A DNA stretch of 64,000 nucleotides from a bacterium (GTDB taxonomy: Bacteria; Patescibacteriota; Minisyncoccia; Phycocordibacterales; PALSA-1337). Location of the stretch: NCBI GenBank assembly GCA_025355565.1, contig JANXZK010000010.1, positions 6,543 to 70,542 of the forward strand, read 5' to 3'. Every line of letters starts with the position of its first letter. The first letter of the stretch is position 1. The position numbers and the translations under genes are program-made. Under the pieces are notes generated by a model that saw only the letters and a program-made list of their open reading frames with translations, had not been told where the DNA came from and searched no databases. Shown piece after piece: positions 35,490-45,697 of this stretch.

Positions 35490-37574
35490 TCAGCTTCTTT
35501 TTAAAAATTTCTCCTGCAATTTGAATAATTCATCGCGAATGAGGGCAGCCGTCTCGAAATCGAGGGCTTTTACAGCATCGGCCATTTGTTCCTCCTTCAT
35601 CTCCATCAACCGTTTGGGGTCAGTCCTTGCTAGAGTCTCATCGATCTTGACCATCTCATTTACTGCCTTTTCATGGTCAGTGCGGAGTTGGTCGGTGATG
35701 TCATGGATCTTCTTTATTATAGTCTGAGGAGTGATACCATGTTTCGTATTGTAAGCAACTTGGATGGCACGGCGACGATCCGTCTCCTTGATGGCACGAT
35801 CGATAGAACCGGTGATGTTATCGGCGTAGAGGATAACCCTACCAGCGGCATTGCGCGCGGCACGGCCGATCGTTTGTATGAGCGCTGTTTCCGAGCGCAG
35901 GAAGCCTTCTTTGTCAGCGTCGAGTATCCCGATGAGTGAGACCTCAGGCAGATCCAGACCTTCGCGTAACAGATTGACCCCGACCAAAATGTCATACTTC
36001 CCTTTGCGGAAGTCAGTCAGGATGTTGATGCGTTCGATGGTCTTCACGTCGCTGTGGAGATAATTGGCTTTGATCTTCTTTTCTTTTAAATACTCCGTCA
36101 GATCCTCCGCCATTTTCTTTGTGAGAGTAGTCGCCAGTACGCGGTCGCCCTTCTTGATCGTTTTTTCAGCTTCTTCAATAAAATCAAAGATTTGACCTTT
36201 ATAATTAGCGGTCATTGGATGCGACGTATTTGTATTTTCCTGAATCGGCCTAATTTCCACTTCGGGATCAATGAGCCCCGTCGGCCTGATGACCTGTTCC
36301 ACAACTTTCTCGGCAGTTTCTGCCTCATACTTGCCTGGTGTAGCCGAAGTGTAGATCATTGGACCTATGCGCTCGAGGAATTCAGCGAACTTGAGTGGCC
36401 TATTATCCTTCGCTGATGGTAAACGGAATCCGTGTTCGACGAGAGTATCTTTGCGTGATGCATCGCCGGCATACATTCCGTTCAGTTGCGGAATAGTTAC
36501 GTGTGACTCGTCGACGATCGTCAAGAAATCAGGAATGATGGCTTTGCTCCCTGCTCGCAATTCTGCTGTGGTTGCCTGTCGATGCGGAAAATACGCGAGC
36601 AATGAATCAGGTGGTTCACCGGGCATCTTACCTGAGAAATGTCTAGAGTAATTTTCAATACCGTTCGTATATCCGATCTCGCGGATCATCGCCAGATCGT
36701 ACCTCACTCGCCTTTTCAAGCGTTCAGCTTCTAGTAATTTCCCGGACTTTTCCAGAGCCTTGAGTCGTGCTTCTAGTTCAGCTTTGATCGTGGTAATAGC
36801 ATTCTTGCTTTGTTCATCACTGGAAATAAAATGCTTTGCCGGGAATATGAATATATCTTTATGTACGGCACGCACTGAACGTGAGACCGGGTCCAGTTCA
36901 GTGATATTGGAAATAGCCGGTCCATCGTACTCCATTCTAAATATCGTCTTTTCATTGACTGGCATGATCTCTATGGTATTCCCTACTGCCCTAAAATTGC
37001 CTGATTTCAAGTCGGCGTTGGTGCGTACGAAATGGATATTGATGAGTTTTCGTATGAGTTCGGCTCGCGATATCTCCATACCGATCGAAAGTTTCAAGTT
37101 TACCTTTACATATTCGTCCGGACTACCCAAACCGTAGATGCAGGATACTGAAGCAACGATGATGACATCCTTACGAGTGAGTAGTGCCTGTGTTGATGCG
37201 TGTCGCAATCGTTCGATCTCCTCGTTGATCATCGCCTCCTTTTCTATGTATGTATCACTAGATGGGATGTATGCTTCGGGTTGATAGTAATCGTAATATG
37301 AGACGAAATAGTGAACTGCGTTATTTGGAAAGAATTCTCGATATTCCTGTGCCAGTTGCGCGGCCAGTGTTTTGTTGTGAGCGATAACTAGAGTCGGTTT
37401 GCCGTAATCGGCGATGATATTGGCAACAGTAAATGTCTTTCCAGAACCAGTGACTCCGAGCAGTGTTTGACGATTTAGACCATGTTTTAGGCCGTCTATA
37501 AGGCCAGAAATAGCCATCGGTTGATCTCCAGCTGGTTTGTATGGGGTCGCTAATTTGAATGGTGATTTTGACAC
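35490..37574 (-). CDS. uvrB: Excinuclease ABC subunit B
   Basis: Helicase motifs GVTGSGKT and DESH, plus a C-terminal UVR domain (…ALDFETAALIRDELFKL). Confidence 0.95.
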   Translation of the reverse strand: MSKSPFKLATPYKPAGDQPMAISGLIDGLKHGLNRQTLLGVTGSGKTFTVANIIADYGKPTLVIAHNKTLAAQLAQEYREFFPNNAVHYFVSYYDYYQPEAYIPSSDTYIEKEAMINEEIERLRHASTQALLTRKDVIIVASVSCIYGLGSPDEYVKVNLKLSIGMEISRAELIRKLINIHFVRTNADLKSGNFRAVGNTIEIMPVNEKTIFRMEYDGPAISNITELDPVSRSVRAVHKDIFIFPAKHFISSDEQSKNAITTIKAELEARLKALEKSGKLLEAERLKRRVRYDLAMIREIGYTNGIENYSRHFSGKMPGEPPDSLLAYFPHRQATTAELRAGSKAIIPDFLTIVDESHVTIPQLNGMYAGDASRKDTLVEHGFRLPSAKDNRPLKFAEFLERIGPMIYTSATPGKYEAETAEKVVEQVIRPTGLIDPEVEIRPIQENTNTSHPMTANYKGQIFDFIEEAEKTIKKGDRVLATTLTKKMAEDLTEYLKEKKIKANYLHSDVKTIERINILTDFRKGKYDILVGVNLLREGLDLPEVSLIGILDADKEGFLRSETALIQTIGRAARNAAGRVILYADNITGSIDRAIKETDRRRAIQVAYNTKHGITPQTIIKKIHDITDQLRTDHEKAVNEMVKIDETLARTDPKRLMEMKEEQMADAVKALDFETAALIRDELFKLQEKFLKRS

Positions 37575-37619
37575 AGATTTGGTTTTATCGTCGTCCTCGG
37601 GCTCTAATATACCCTCTTG

Positions 37620-38627
37620 TTATTTCTTCCTCAACATCGCCCTGTGGACGGCGTCATAGATATGCATCTCGTCGATTCCATAGTGTTTGACCAATTCTTG
37701 GGGTGTCCCAGATTGTCCAAATCGATCCTTGATCCCGACAAATTCTATAGGTACAGGAAAATGCTCTGCTAGACATTCGGCAACTGCGGAACCCATACCA
37801 CCGGCTATCTGATGATCTTCGACGGTGACTATCGCTCCTGCATCACGGGCGAGTTTGATGATCGCTTTTTCATCCAATGGTTTGATGGTGGACAGGTTCA
37901 TGACTCGAACAGCTTTTCCTTCTTCGGATAGCTTCTTGGCGACTCGGAGTGCGCGGTAGAGAATGGGGCCGGTCGCAATGATGCCGATGTCGCAGGAGGA
38001 TCCGGTCAATCTCTCAGACTGATACACGATATGTGCCTTCCCTATATCAAATGGTGTCTTTTCGCCTGTCATGATCGGAGTCTTGTCACGACCGAGCCTC
38101 ATATATGTCGGTTGGTCCGTTTTTGCCGATGCTTCCGTGGCCTTGCGAGCCTCTATCGCATCACATGGACAGATAACTACCATTCTCGGTAAGACTCTCA
38201 TGAGGGCGATATCTTCGAGAGCTTGATGTGATCCGCCATCTGCACCGACGGTGACACCTGCGTGTGATCCTATGATTTTGACTGGTACGTCGTTATAGCA
38301 GACTGTTGTTCTGATTTGCTCCCAATTCCTGCCAGGGCTAAAGATAGCGTACGAACCGATAAATGGTATTTTTCCAGCCATCGCCAACCCACTCGCAACT
38401 GTGACTAGATTTTGCTCGGCGACCCCGATCTCTATGAACCTATTTGGGAACTTCTGCTTGAATGCTTCCATCTGAAGTGATTCTGTGAGATCAGCACAAA
38501 GCGCCACGACATCCTTGTCAGCCTTGCCCGCATTGACTAGTCCCTCACCAAAACCAGCGCGCATCGAAGCCAGCTCAACGTCTCGGTTGAATAGGTGTGA
38601 ATTGAGGTTTAGTGATGGATTGAGCAT
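37620..38627 (-). CDS. Transketolase, C-terminal (Pyr + C-terminal domain) subunit
   Basis: …GSHAGVTVGADGGSHQALEDIALMRVLP…. Split-gene arrangement with the adjacent N-terminal subunit. Confidence 0.85.
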   Translation of the reverse strand: MLNPSLNLNSHLFNRDVELASMRAGFGEGLVNAGKADKDVVALCADLTESLQMEAFKQKFPNRFIEIGVAEQNLVTVASGLAMAGKIPFIGSYAIFSPGRNWEQIRTTVCYNDVPVKIIGSHAGVTVGADGGSHQALEDIALMRVLPRMVVICPCDAIEARKATEASAKTDQPTYMRLGRDKTPIMTGEKTPFDIGKAHIVYQSERLTGSSCDIGIIATGPILYRALRVAKKLSEEGKAVRVMNLSTIKPLDEKAIIKLARDAGAIVTVEDHQIAGGMGSAVAECLAEHFPVPIEFVGIKDRFGQSGTPQELVKHYGIDEMHIYDAVHRAMLRKK

Positions 38628-38670
38628 GGAAGATCGATCATTGAATAATTGAATAATGGGTTACTGGGCG

Positions 38671-39546
38671 TCATTTCACCGCCCGCAACGCCACCTTGAT
38701 TTCCTCAGCAGTTGTTGGTGCCTTGCCATGCCACTCGAACTTGCGTTCAAATTCCGGAATCCCTTTTGATGGAATGGTATGTGCGATGATGACCGATGGT
38801 CTGTCATATACCGCATGAGCCTCGCCAACTGCGCGATCTATTTCTGAAAAATCATGCCCATTTACCTCTTGGACATGCCAATTGAATGAACGCCATTTAT
38901 CAGCGAGAGGATTTAGCGGCATGATGTCTTCTGTGAATCCATCGATCTGGATATTGTTACGATCAACGATCACAGTCAGATTTTGGATCTTTTCCTTGCC
39001 GGCGAGCATGATCGCTTCCCAGGAATTGCCTTCGTCGAGTTCCCCATCGCTCATCATGCAGTAGTATTGACGGCCTGAGGATTTGCCGCTATCGATCCTG
39101 TCTGAGAGAGCCATACCGATAGTCTGTGACAGTCCCGATCCGAGTGGTCCAGAAGATGTCTCCAGTGATGGCAAGAAATCTCGATGTGGATGTCCTTGTA
39201 GCCTCGAACCAAATTTTCGCAAAGTTTCCAATTCTCTCACTGGAAAATATCCGGCATGTGCCATGGTGGCGTACAATGCAGGGCAAATATGACCATTGGA
39301 TAATACTAGTCGATCTCGATACTTCCATTTTGGATTCTTTGGGTCGTGTTTTAAGGCGTGGAAATATAGATATGTAAAGATGTCCGCCATTCCCATAGCG
39401 CCTGCCAGATGACCTGATCTTGCCTCTATCAACATTTCCACAATAGAGCGGCGGATAGCAGCTGCTTTCTTCTCAAGGAGTTTGATTTTGTCTTGGGTAA
39501 GGAGCATTTTATGGAGTCTACAATCTATTGAACCTCTGGACCGCAT
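38671..39546 (-). CDS. Transketolase, N-terminal (TPP-binding) subunit
   Basis: …SGHLAGAMGMADIFTYLYF…DRLVLSNGH…GPLGSGLSQTIGMAL…MSDGELDEGNSWEA…. Confidence 0.85.
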   Translation of the reverse strand: MRSRGSIDCRLHKMLLTQDKIKLLEKKAAAIRRSIVEMLIEARSGHLAGAMGMADIFTYLYFHALKHDPKNPKWKYRDRLVLSNGHICPALYATMAHAGYFPVRELETLRKFGSRLQGHPHRDFLPSLETSSGPLGSGLSQTIGMALSDRIDSGKSSGRQYYCMMSDGELDEGNSWEAIMLAGKEKIQNLTVIVDRNNIQIDGFTEDIMPLNPLADKWRSFNWHVQEVNGHDFSEIDRAVGEAHAVYDRPSVIIAHTIPSKGIPEFERKFEWHGKAPTTAEEIKVALRAVK

Positions 39547-40219
39547 CTATCGGGTTATCAGACTCGAATATCGCGGAACCGACTATCAGCCTATTCGCGC
39601 CAGCATCTATCAATCTCGGCGCATTTTCGAGCGAAACGCCGCCATCAATGGAAATAATGAGACCCGGATACATTTTTTTGACCTGCTTTATGCGGTCTAT
39701 GACTTTTTCATTGAACTTCTGGCCTTGATAGCCGATGTGATCTATAGCCATGAGTTGCGCGCAGGAGATCAGATCCTTGTAGGACTCTATCGTTTCGATA
39801 GGCGTATCCATACTGAGTGCGAGGCCCGTCTCAACATTGTCTGACAACTTTTCAAAGGCACCGAGAATGTCGCCCTTTGATTCCGCATGAAGAATGATCC
39901 TAGTCGCGCCGACTCCAACCCATCGTTCTACGACTTCCTCAGGTCTATTTACCATGAGATCAAATTCGTAATCGACTTTCTCCCAACCAGGTAGTCCGTT
40001 TTCCTGCTGGACGAGCTTTTCAAAGTTGTCGTCATGTTTCTTCAATGGCCATCCAGGTGATGGTGTGAATTGACCATCACAGATATCTATCTGTATCGTT
40101 TTTGTAAATCCAAGGACGAGATCTATCTTCTCATTCAGATCATCAAAATCTACAGGCAAAATTGCTGGGATGATTTCAATTTTTCGATTTGTCGATATTT
40201 CTTGAGTATTCATCATCAT
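39518..40219 (-). CDS. rpe: Ribulose-phosphate 3-epimerase-like (TIM barrel) protein
   Basis: C-terminal …ISIDGGVSLENAPRLIDAGANRLIVGSAIF resembles Rpe. Diverged, with an insertion in the N-terminal half. Confidence 0.7.
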   Translation of the reverse strand: MMMNTQEISTNRKIEIIPAILPVDFDDLNEKIDLVLGFTKTIQIDICDGQFTPSPGWPLKKHDDNFEKLVQQENGLPGWEKVDYEFDLMVNRPEEVVERWVGVGATRIILHAESKGDILGAFEKLSDNVETGLALSMDTPIETIESYKDLISCAQLMAIDHIGYQGQKFNEKVIDRIKQVKKMYPGLIISIDGGVSLENAPRLIDAGANRLIVGSAIFESDNPIDAVQRFNRL

Positions 40220-40225
40220 AAGGAG

Positions 40226-40729
40226 TTACTCGATATTATCCATCTGTTTTATCCTCCTCTCATGTCTCTCATCATTACTGAATGGTGTTATGAGCCACGT
40301 TTCGACTGCTTTTTTCGCTTCATCTTCGTTGACAAATCCCGCGCCTATAGAAAGCACATTCGCGTCATTGTGCTCACGAGAAAGTCTGATGATGTTTGGT
40401 TGAGGTTTCTCAACATTTTTTGCTTTCGGTCGATCCAGATCTCCATACCATACTGCCGCCCTCACTCCAGGAAATCTGTTTGCGACCATCGCCTCGCCTT
40501 GGCCTGATCTGCCAAATAGTATGGCTTTCGTTTCCCCTTTTATATCAGCCGCTACCTTCATTGCTGCGGCGATCATGTATTGCGGGAAATCATCATCTGG
40601 AACTAGATCATGTGCACCGACATCTAAAATATTGTAACCGCCGTTGCGCAGAAAACGTTTGATGGCTTCTTTGAGTTCAAATCCAGCGTGGTCTGATGCG
40701 AGGATGATGGTTGTCGTGGAAGGATTCAT
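40226..40729 (-). CDS. rpiB: Ribose-5-phosphate isomerase B
   Basis: IILASDHAGFELKEAIKRFLRNGGYNILDVGAH… and the C-terminal RpiB/LacAB fold. Confidence 0.85.
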   Translation of the reverse strand: MNPSTTTIILASDHAGFELKEAIKRFLRNGGYNILDVGAHDLVPDDDFPQYMIAAAMKVAADIKGETKAILFGRSGQGEAMVANRFPGVRAAVWYGDLDRPKAKNVEKPQPNIIRLSREHNDANVLSIGAGFVNEDEAKKAVETWLITPFSNDERHERRIKQMDNIE

Positions 40730-40921
40730 GATATACGTTGTATGAAATCTTTCGTCATTATCTAATGTCTCTATAATGTGTCTCCGAAACGATCTGGGCG
40801 GAGTAGAAGAATGTGCCGATCAGAATGATGTAAAGTACTGTCCACAGTGCATTCCCTAGCGCATACGTGAGTATTTTCGGTTTTGTCATTTAAATGTACC
40901 TAAAAAATATATAATGGTATT

Positions 40922-41455
40922 CTATTCTTCATAATAGTATGATTGTTCTATACCCTTCATGAACACTTCACGATCGTCGATCTTATCCGTCAGCGCGAAG
41001 CGTAGTAGCTCACGTATCTCTAGATCGCTCACTGGACTTCTCTGCATGGCATTTATATAGTTGGCCTTATCGATCTTGGCCCAATCTATACAACGTTTCA
41101 AGTTTTCTTTTAAGATCAGATCTAACCAGATCCGCATACTTCTTCCATTGCCTTCCATAAACGGATGGGCAATATTCATTTCCACGTATTTCGCTACTAT
41201 TTGCTCGAATGTGTCATTTGGCATTTTTTCTATCATATTTAGGCTTTCGTTCAAATACATATGTGAAGCAAATCGAAAGCCACCTTTACTGATGTTCTTT
41301 TCTCGAATCTTGCCAGCGAAATCACAAAGTCCACCAAATAAATATTCATGAATTTGTTGCAGACCCTCGGTGGTGCCGATCTTGATTTCTTCAATTTTTT
41401 GACTACCGAAAAGCTTTTTGGCTCGTTCTTTGCTGATTTCGTCTATATTCTTCAT
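40922..41455 (-). CDS. fic: Fic-family protein (putative AMP/nucleotidyl-transferase)
   Basis: Canonical Fic motif [12 protein letters not shown]. 177 aa. Confidence 0.8.
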   Translation of the reverse strand: MKNIDEISKERAKKLFGSQKIEEIKIGTTEGLQQIHEYLFGGLCDFAGKIREKNISKGGFRFASHMYLNESLNMIEKMPNDTFEQIVAKYVEMNIAHPFMEGNGRSMRIWLDLILKENLKRCIDWAKIDKANYINAMQRSPVSDLEIRELLRFALTDKIDDREVFMKGIEQSYYYEE

Positions 41456-41498
41456 ATATACATTATAGCATTTTTAAGTTTGTTGTAGCTCTTCATGA

Positions 41499-42530
41499 TT
41501 ATATTAATCGACCTGCAGCGATTACATGCCTTACCAAAGTTTCGGTGTACCCCATTTCATTGTCATACCAAGCGAGGACTTTCACTAGATTGCCTCCGAC
41601 AACACGCGTGAATGCTAGATCAGCTATAGATGCATGTCTATTTCCAATGATGTCATGAGAAACTAATTGCTCCTCAGTGACGGTAAAAATATTCCTCCAA
41701 CGGTCTTCGCTAGCGGCTTTCTTCAATAGATTGTTCACTTCCTCAACCGAGGTATCGCGTTTGGAGATGAATGTTACATCAACGATCGAACCCGTGACGA
41801 CGGGTACGCGGATCGATATACCGTCAAACAATCCTTTGAATTTTGGCATGACCTGTGTTACAGCGATAGCGGCTCCAGTTGATGATGGGACGATGTTTTG
41901 CGCGGCGGCACGACCTTCACGGAGATCCTTCTTGGCGGGACCATCAACTAGTGATTGTGAGGCTGTATAGGCATGAACTGTGTTTAATAGTGCTTTCTCA
42001 ATGCCGAGAGTCTCATCCAATATGGCGATGAGTGGAGACCCAGCATTCGTCGTACATGAAGCATTCGATGATATTTTACAGCCTTCTAGTTTATCTTCAT
42101 TCATGGACAAGAGAATAGTCTCGCCTTTTATGACTGAATCTGGACCATCTTTTATCGGAGCTGTGACAACAACTCTCTTTGCACCAGCGGTGATATGTGC
42201 TTGCGCTTTGTCACTAGAAGTAAATAGCCCTGTTGATTCTACTACTACATCGATATCAAGTTTCGTCCATGGCAACTTTGCCGGATCTTTTTCGCTGATA
42301 AATAGGATCTCAGCACCGTCAACCATGAGTGTGCTCTTCTCCTCATTCACGGAAACGTCAAACTGACTGACACCATAGGCGGTGTCATATTTCAATAAAT
42401 ATGCAAAATTTTTGATGTCTCCTAGGTCATTGACTGCGACTATTTCGATCTCATGTCTCTCCTTAGCAACTTTCAGAAATGCTCTACCGATCCTGCCAAA
42501 ACCATTGATTGCGACGCGAGTTTTTTTCAT
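41499..42530 (-). CDS. gap: Glyceraldehyde-3-phosphate dehydrogenase
   Basis: RVAINGFGRIGRAFLKVA and SNASCTTNAGSPLI (active-site Cys). Confidence 0.95.
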   Translation of the reverse strand: MKKTRVAINGFGRIGRAFLKVAKERHEIEIVAVNDLGDIKNFAYLLKYDTAYGVSQFDVSVNEEKSTLMVDGAEILFISEKDPAKLPWTKLDIDVVVESTGLFTSSDKAQAHITAGAKRVVVTAPIKDGPDSVIKGETILLSMNEDKLEGCKISSNASCTTNAGSPLIAILDETLGIEKALLNTVHAYTASQSLVDGPAKKDLREGRAAAQNIVPSSTGAAIAVTQVMPKFKGLFDGISIRVPVVTGSIVDVTFISKRDTSVEEVNNLLKKAASEDRWRNIFTVTEEQLVSHDIIGNRHASIADLAFTRVVGGNLVKVLAWYDNEMGYTETLVRHVIAAGRLI

Positions 42531-42667
42531 TGAAATTGGTGGTTATGCTATAGATAATTTATCCTATCAACATATTGATTATACCATGACTCGATAAAGT
42601 TATGCACAGGTATCTCGATTCCACATTAACTTTATAGTGGTACACTGTCTGCAGAAAACAACCGAGC

Positions 42668-43168
42668 ATGCGTCATGCTCCTAACAATATGCGACGAGAT
42701 AACATTGAAAATCGTGGTGTCCATAGCGAGTCGATGGTTGAAAAAGCTCTCGAATGCTGGAAGCGGAGTCCCCGTCCGGATCATGGCGTACCGGTGATAT
42801 ACGGCTTCATCCATGCCAAACCGAATGATGGGCTGGACCGGAAGCAGATTGATTTTGTTGTGAAGTGTGAAGGCAATCTGATCGTTCCAGTTCAGGTGAA
42901 GAGCTCAATTCGTGCCAAGCTAAAATTCGAGAGGTACTGTCGTGAAGCCAAAAGGCTGATCGTGGCGATAGCAGTAGAGGTCAAGGACACGATTGGTCGG
43001 GTTATGTGGAAGATTGCCAGGGGGATATTGTGGTTTCGGAATAAGCTTGCGGAGCAAAATGATGTTTCTTACGCGCAGAAGCCGACACCGATTCCAGAGG
43101 TAAAGTTGAAACGCTTACGAAGAAGACGTTACTGTCCGCGTTATAGTCCCGTATGCATGTGCCACTAG
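42668..43168 (+). CDS. Hypothetical protein (about 50% GC), basic C-terminus; start uncertain
   Basis: Long ORF between two minus-strand genes, with no SD at the first ATG (an alternative M lies at 42734). The segment …IDFVVKCEGNLIVPVQVKSS… is weakly reminiscent of a PD-(D/E)xK nuclease core. Confidence 0.35.
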   Translation: MRHAPNNMRRDNIENRGVHSESMVEKALECWKRSPRPDHGVPVIYGFIHAKPNDGLDRKQIDFVVKCEGNLIVPVQVKSSIRAKLKFERYCREAKRLIVAIAVEVKDTIGRVMWKIARGILWFRNKLAEQNDVSYAQKPTPIPEVKLKRLRRRRYCPRYSPVCMCH

Positions 43169-43295
43169 CTTACATCATTTAGAGGAGTTGATTTTATAGC
43201 GCGGAGGGTATAATCCCGATCGCGCTTTTTGTTTGCATAAATTTATGCCGATCAACATCAAGTGATAGTTGCAAATGTTTGATTGGGGGCATTAT

Positions 43296-44402
43296 CTATA
43301 CTGATTTGTGCCACGCATACTCTTCGCAAAGGTTCCTGATGAGTCCTGGTCCTTCGAATATCATCCCTGTGATGAGCTGTATGAGGTCAGCACCTGCATC
43401 AAGCTTGTCCCTTGCGTTCCCCCACGATGCCACACCTCCAACACCGATTATGGTAAATCGGCGACCATATTTTTCACGGGTTTTGCGGATCAGGCTGGTG
43501 GAGAGTTCGCGGCACGGTTTACCAGAAAGACCACCTCGATATTCTGTTGGAGCTTCGTTGCGAAAATCGAGTGCTTTGTAGTCCTTATTCAGGTTGCCGA
43601 TGACGACACCTTGTAATTTGTGGGTGTCGATGACTCGTAGTAGCGAATCGAATTGATCCCATGAAATATTTATAGGCATTTTTACATAGATAGGTTTGTT
43701 GCAAGGAATTTTCATGAGCGCGGACAGGAGTTGCTCGAGTAGAGGAGCGGTGATGAAAGCTTCCCCACCAAATGCGTTCGGGCAAGAGATATTGATCGTA
43801 TAGTAATCTCCGACATTTTCCTCATTCAGTCGCTTGAATGAATAGACATAATCATCGATCGCACCCTCCACAGTTGCCGCATCATCACAATTTGTCTTTG
43901 CTATCGAGATACCTAAGACGAATCGAGGAGAATCCTTGGTTTCCGACATTAGCCCACCCTGTTTATTAGTCTCCTTCAGTCTCTTTACGATCGCATCTAC
44001 CCCATCATTCCTCAATCCCTTATTGACGATGATGCTTTGTGACCGCGGGAGACGTGTTAGTCTCGGTCTCGGATTACCATCGCATGGCTTTGCAGTAACT
44101 GAACCAACTTCCTCACCACCCATGCCGATGCATGGTAGGATCTGGCTCAAATGGCCATTGTAGTCAAAGCCAGCAGATAAGAGGAATGGCGTCCTATAGA
44201 TGATCCCATCGACAGTCTTCGAAATGTTCGCACCATGATATCCATATATGAGGCTAGTCAATAATCTCCCGATCCAAAACCGACCAAGTATCCTGCCGGT
44301 TGATGTAAAAAAGTCATGAACACTTTCAGGATCGAATATGAATAATATGGGTTTTAGAATACGTTTATACATCAGTATGTCAAATATAGCATACACAGGC
44401 AT
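43296..44402 (-). CDS. pyrD: Dihydroorotate dehydrogenase, class-2-like architecture
   Basis: N-terminal extension …FIFDPESVHDFFTSTGRILG, then …GSVTAKPCDGNPRPRLTRL…, …INISCPN…, …GGLSGKP… and …IIGVGGV… align by eye to E. coli PyrD. The active-site position is Cys (NISCPN) rather than the class-2 Ser. Confidence 0.75.
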   Translation of the reverse strand: MPVYAIFDILMYKRILKPILFIFDPESVHDFFTSTGRILGRFWIGRLLTSLIYGYHGANISKTVDGIIYRTPFLLSAGFDYNGHLSQILPCIGMGGEEVGSVTAKPCDGNPRPRLTRLPRSQSIIVNKGLRNDGVDAIVKRLKETNKQGGLMSETKDSPRFVLGISIAKTNCDDAATVEGAIDDYVYSFKRLNEENVGDYYTINISCPNAFGGEAFITAPLLEQLLSALMKIPCNKPIYVKMPINISWDQFDSLLRVIDTHKLQGVVIGNLNKDYKALDFRNEAPTEYRGGLSGKPCRELSTSLIRKTREKYGRRFTIIGVGGVASWGNARDKLDAGADLIQLITGMIFEGPGLIRNLCEEYAWHKSV

Positions 44403-44590
44403 ATCAACATAACGAATATCACTAATAATAACCCCACACCTGTCCCCTCACTTCCTCGCAATTTGCTAGCAATCTCTCGGCATTTTCTCAAAGGATTCGC
44501 TCCTCTCCTTCGCCACTGTACTCATCATTACTGTGGAATACTGAGAAAAGCTACGGAGGAGCAGGCAAGGATTCACTCATTCTTTGGAAA

Positions 44591-44866
44591 ATGTCCCGAG
44601 ATATTGCTTCGCAAAGAGTGCTCGGTCGTTCGGGGATCAAGTGTGGGGTTATTATTAGCGCACTTTTCACATTACATGAATCGTTGTACACTGATGGCAT
44701 GAATGCGAGACCATTTATCTACATCGGAATATTTATCGGATCAACTATCGGCAGTTTTATTCCGACGATCTGGGGCGATGGATATTTCTCGATGTCTTCG
44801 ATAGTATTCAGTCTTTTTGGCGCGATGATCGGCATGTGGCTGGGTTTCAAATTGGCGACGATGTAA
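44591..44866 (+). CDS. GlsB/YeaQ/YmgE-like small membrane protein (start possibly at 44699)
   Basis: …MNARPFIYIGIFIGSTIGSFIPTIWGDGYFSMSSIVFSLFGAMIGMWLGFKLA resembles the transglycosylase-associated protein family. Gly-rich TM helices. Confidence 0.5.
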   Translation: MSRDIASQRVLGRSGIKCGVIISALFTLHESLYTDGMNARPFIYIGIFIGSTIGSFIPTIWGDGYFSMSSIVFSLFGAMIGMWLGFKLATM

Positions 44867-44932
44867 GAATGCTAGTTTATTTTTCGTCAAATTTTTCATT
44901 TTTCATTTCGCGTATTTAACATTACATTATTC

Positions 44933-45691
44933 ATGACCGCATATTCAAAACAAGTCATTATCTTCTCATTGAATGGGACATTGACTAGCAATGGCCAATC
45001 CATCGATCCTGAGACAGCCGAGATGCTCATGACACTGCTAGATAGTAAGAAGGTGGCGGTAGTATCCGGTTGCGGCATGCCACGTTTCGAGGTTCAATTG
45101 CTGAAAGGATTTGGCGTTAGTCCAGATAGATTTGCCAATCTGTTCTTATTGCCCGCCTCTGGAACAAAGCTCCTGACATGGAAGGGGGCATGGGTTGAGA
45201 CGTATTCTCTTCATTTGACACCTCAACAGAAGGAAGAGATCATGGTCGCGTTGAACGTTGCTCTACGCAAAGTTGGCTGGTCGAAGCCCGCTGTATCGTA
45301 TGGCACGATCATTCAAGATCGTGGGTCGCAGATAACTTTTTCAGGATTAGGTGAGAATGCGCCGATCGAATTGAAGGCTGTATGGGATCCGGAACGCTCT
45401 CTTAGAGAAAAGATCGTGGCAGAATTACAGACAAAGATCCCTAGTTACGACATCCGTATCGGCGGGATGACCTCTATCGATTTTACTAAGCGTGGAGTCA
45501 ATAAAGGCTACGGCATTCGCAAACTGGAGGAATTGTTAAAGCTTGAGCCCGAAACGATGATATTCGTGGGTGACGGTATTTACTCTGGAGGAAATGATTT
45601 CCCTGTCAAAGCAACAGGTATTGATTGCGTACCAGTCAAGTCAGTTCTGGAGACGAAGGAGTTGCTGAAAACTTGGGTGGTTGCTTCATGA
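44933..45691 (+). CDS. HAD-IIB (Cof-type) phosphatase
   Basis: HAD motif I at the N-terminus (VIIFSLNGTL) and motif IV …IFVGDGIYSGGNDFPV. Confidence 0.7.
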   Translation: MTAYSKQVIIFSLNGTLTSNGQSIDPETAEMLMTLLDSKKVAVVSGCGMPRFEVQLLKGFGVSPDRFANLFLLPASGTKLLTWKGAWVETYSLHLTPQQKEEIMVALNVALRKVGWSKPAVSYGTIIQDRGSQITFSGLGENAPIELKAVWDPERSLREKIVAELQTKIPSYDIRIGGMTSIDFTKRGVNKGYGIRKLEELLKLEPETMIFVGDGIYSGGNDFPVKATGIDCVPVKSVLETKELLKTWVVAS

Positions 45692-45697
45692 GTAGTG

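Noticed and set aside
40761-40892. 43-codon minus-strand ORF (MTKPKILTYALGNALWTVLYIILIGTFFYSAQIV…) between fic and rpiB
   Set aside because: Plausible single-TM micro-protein with an AGGT 9 nt upstream. It is below the ORF-track threshold and unsupported without conservation or expression data.
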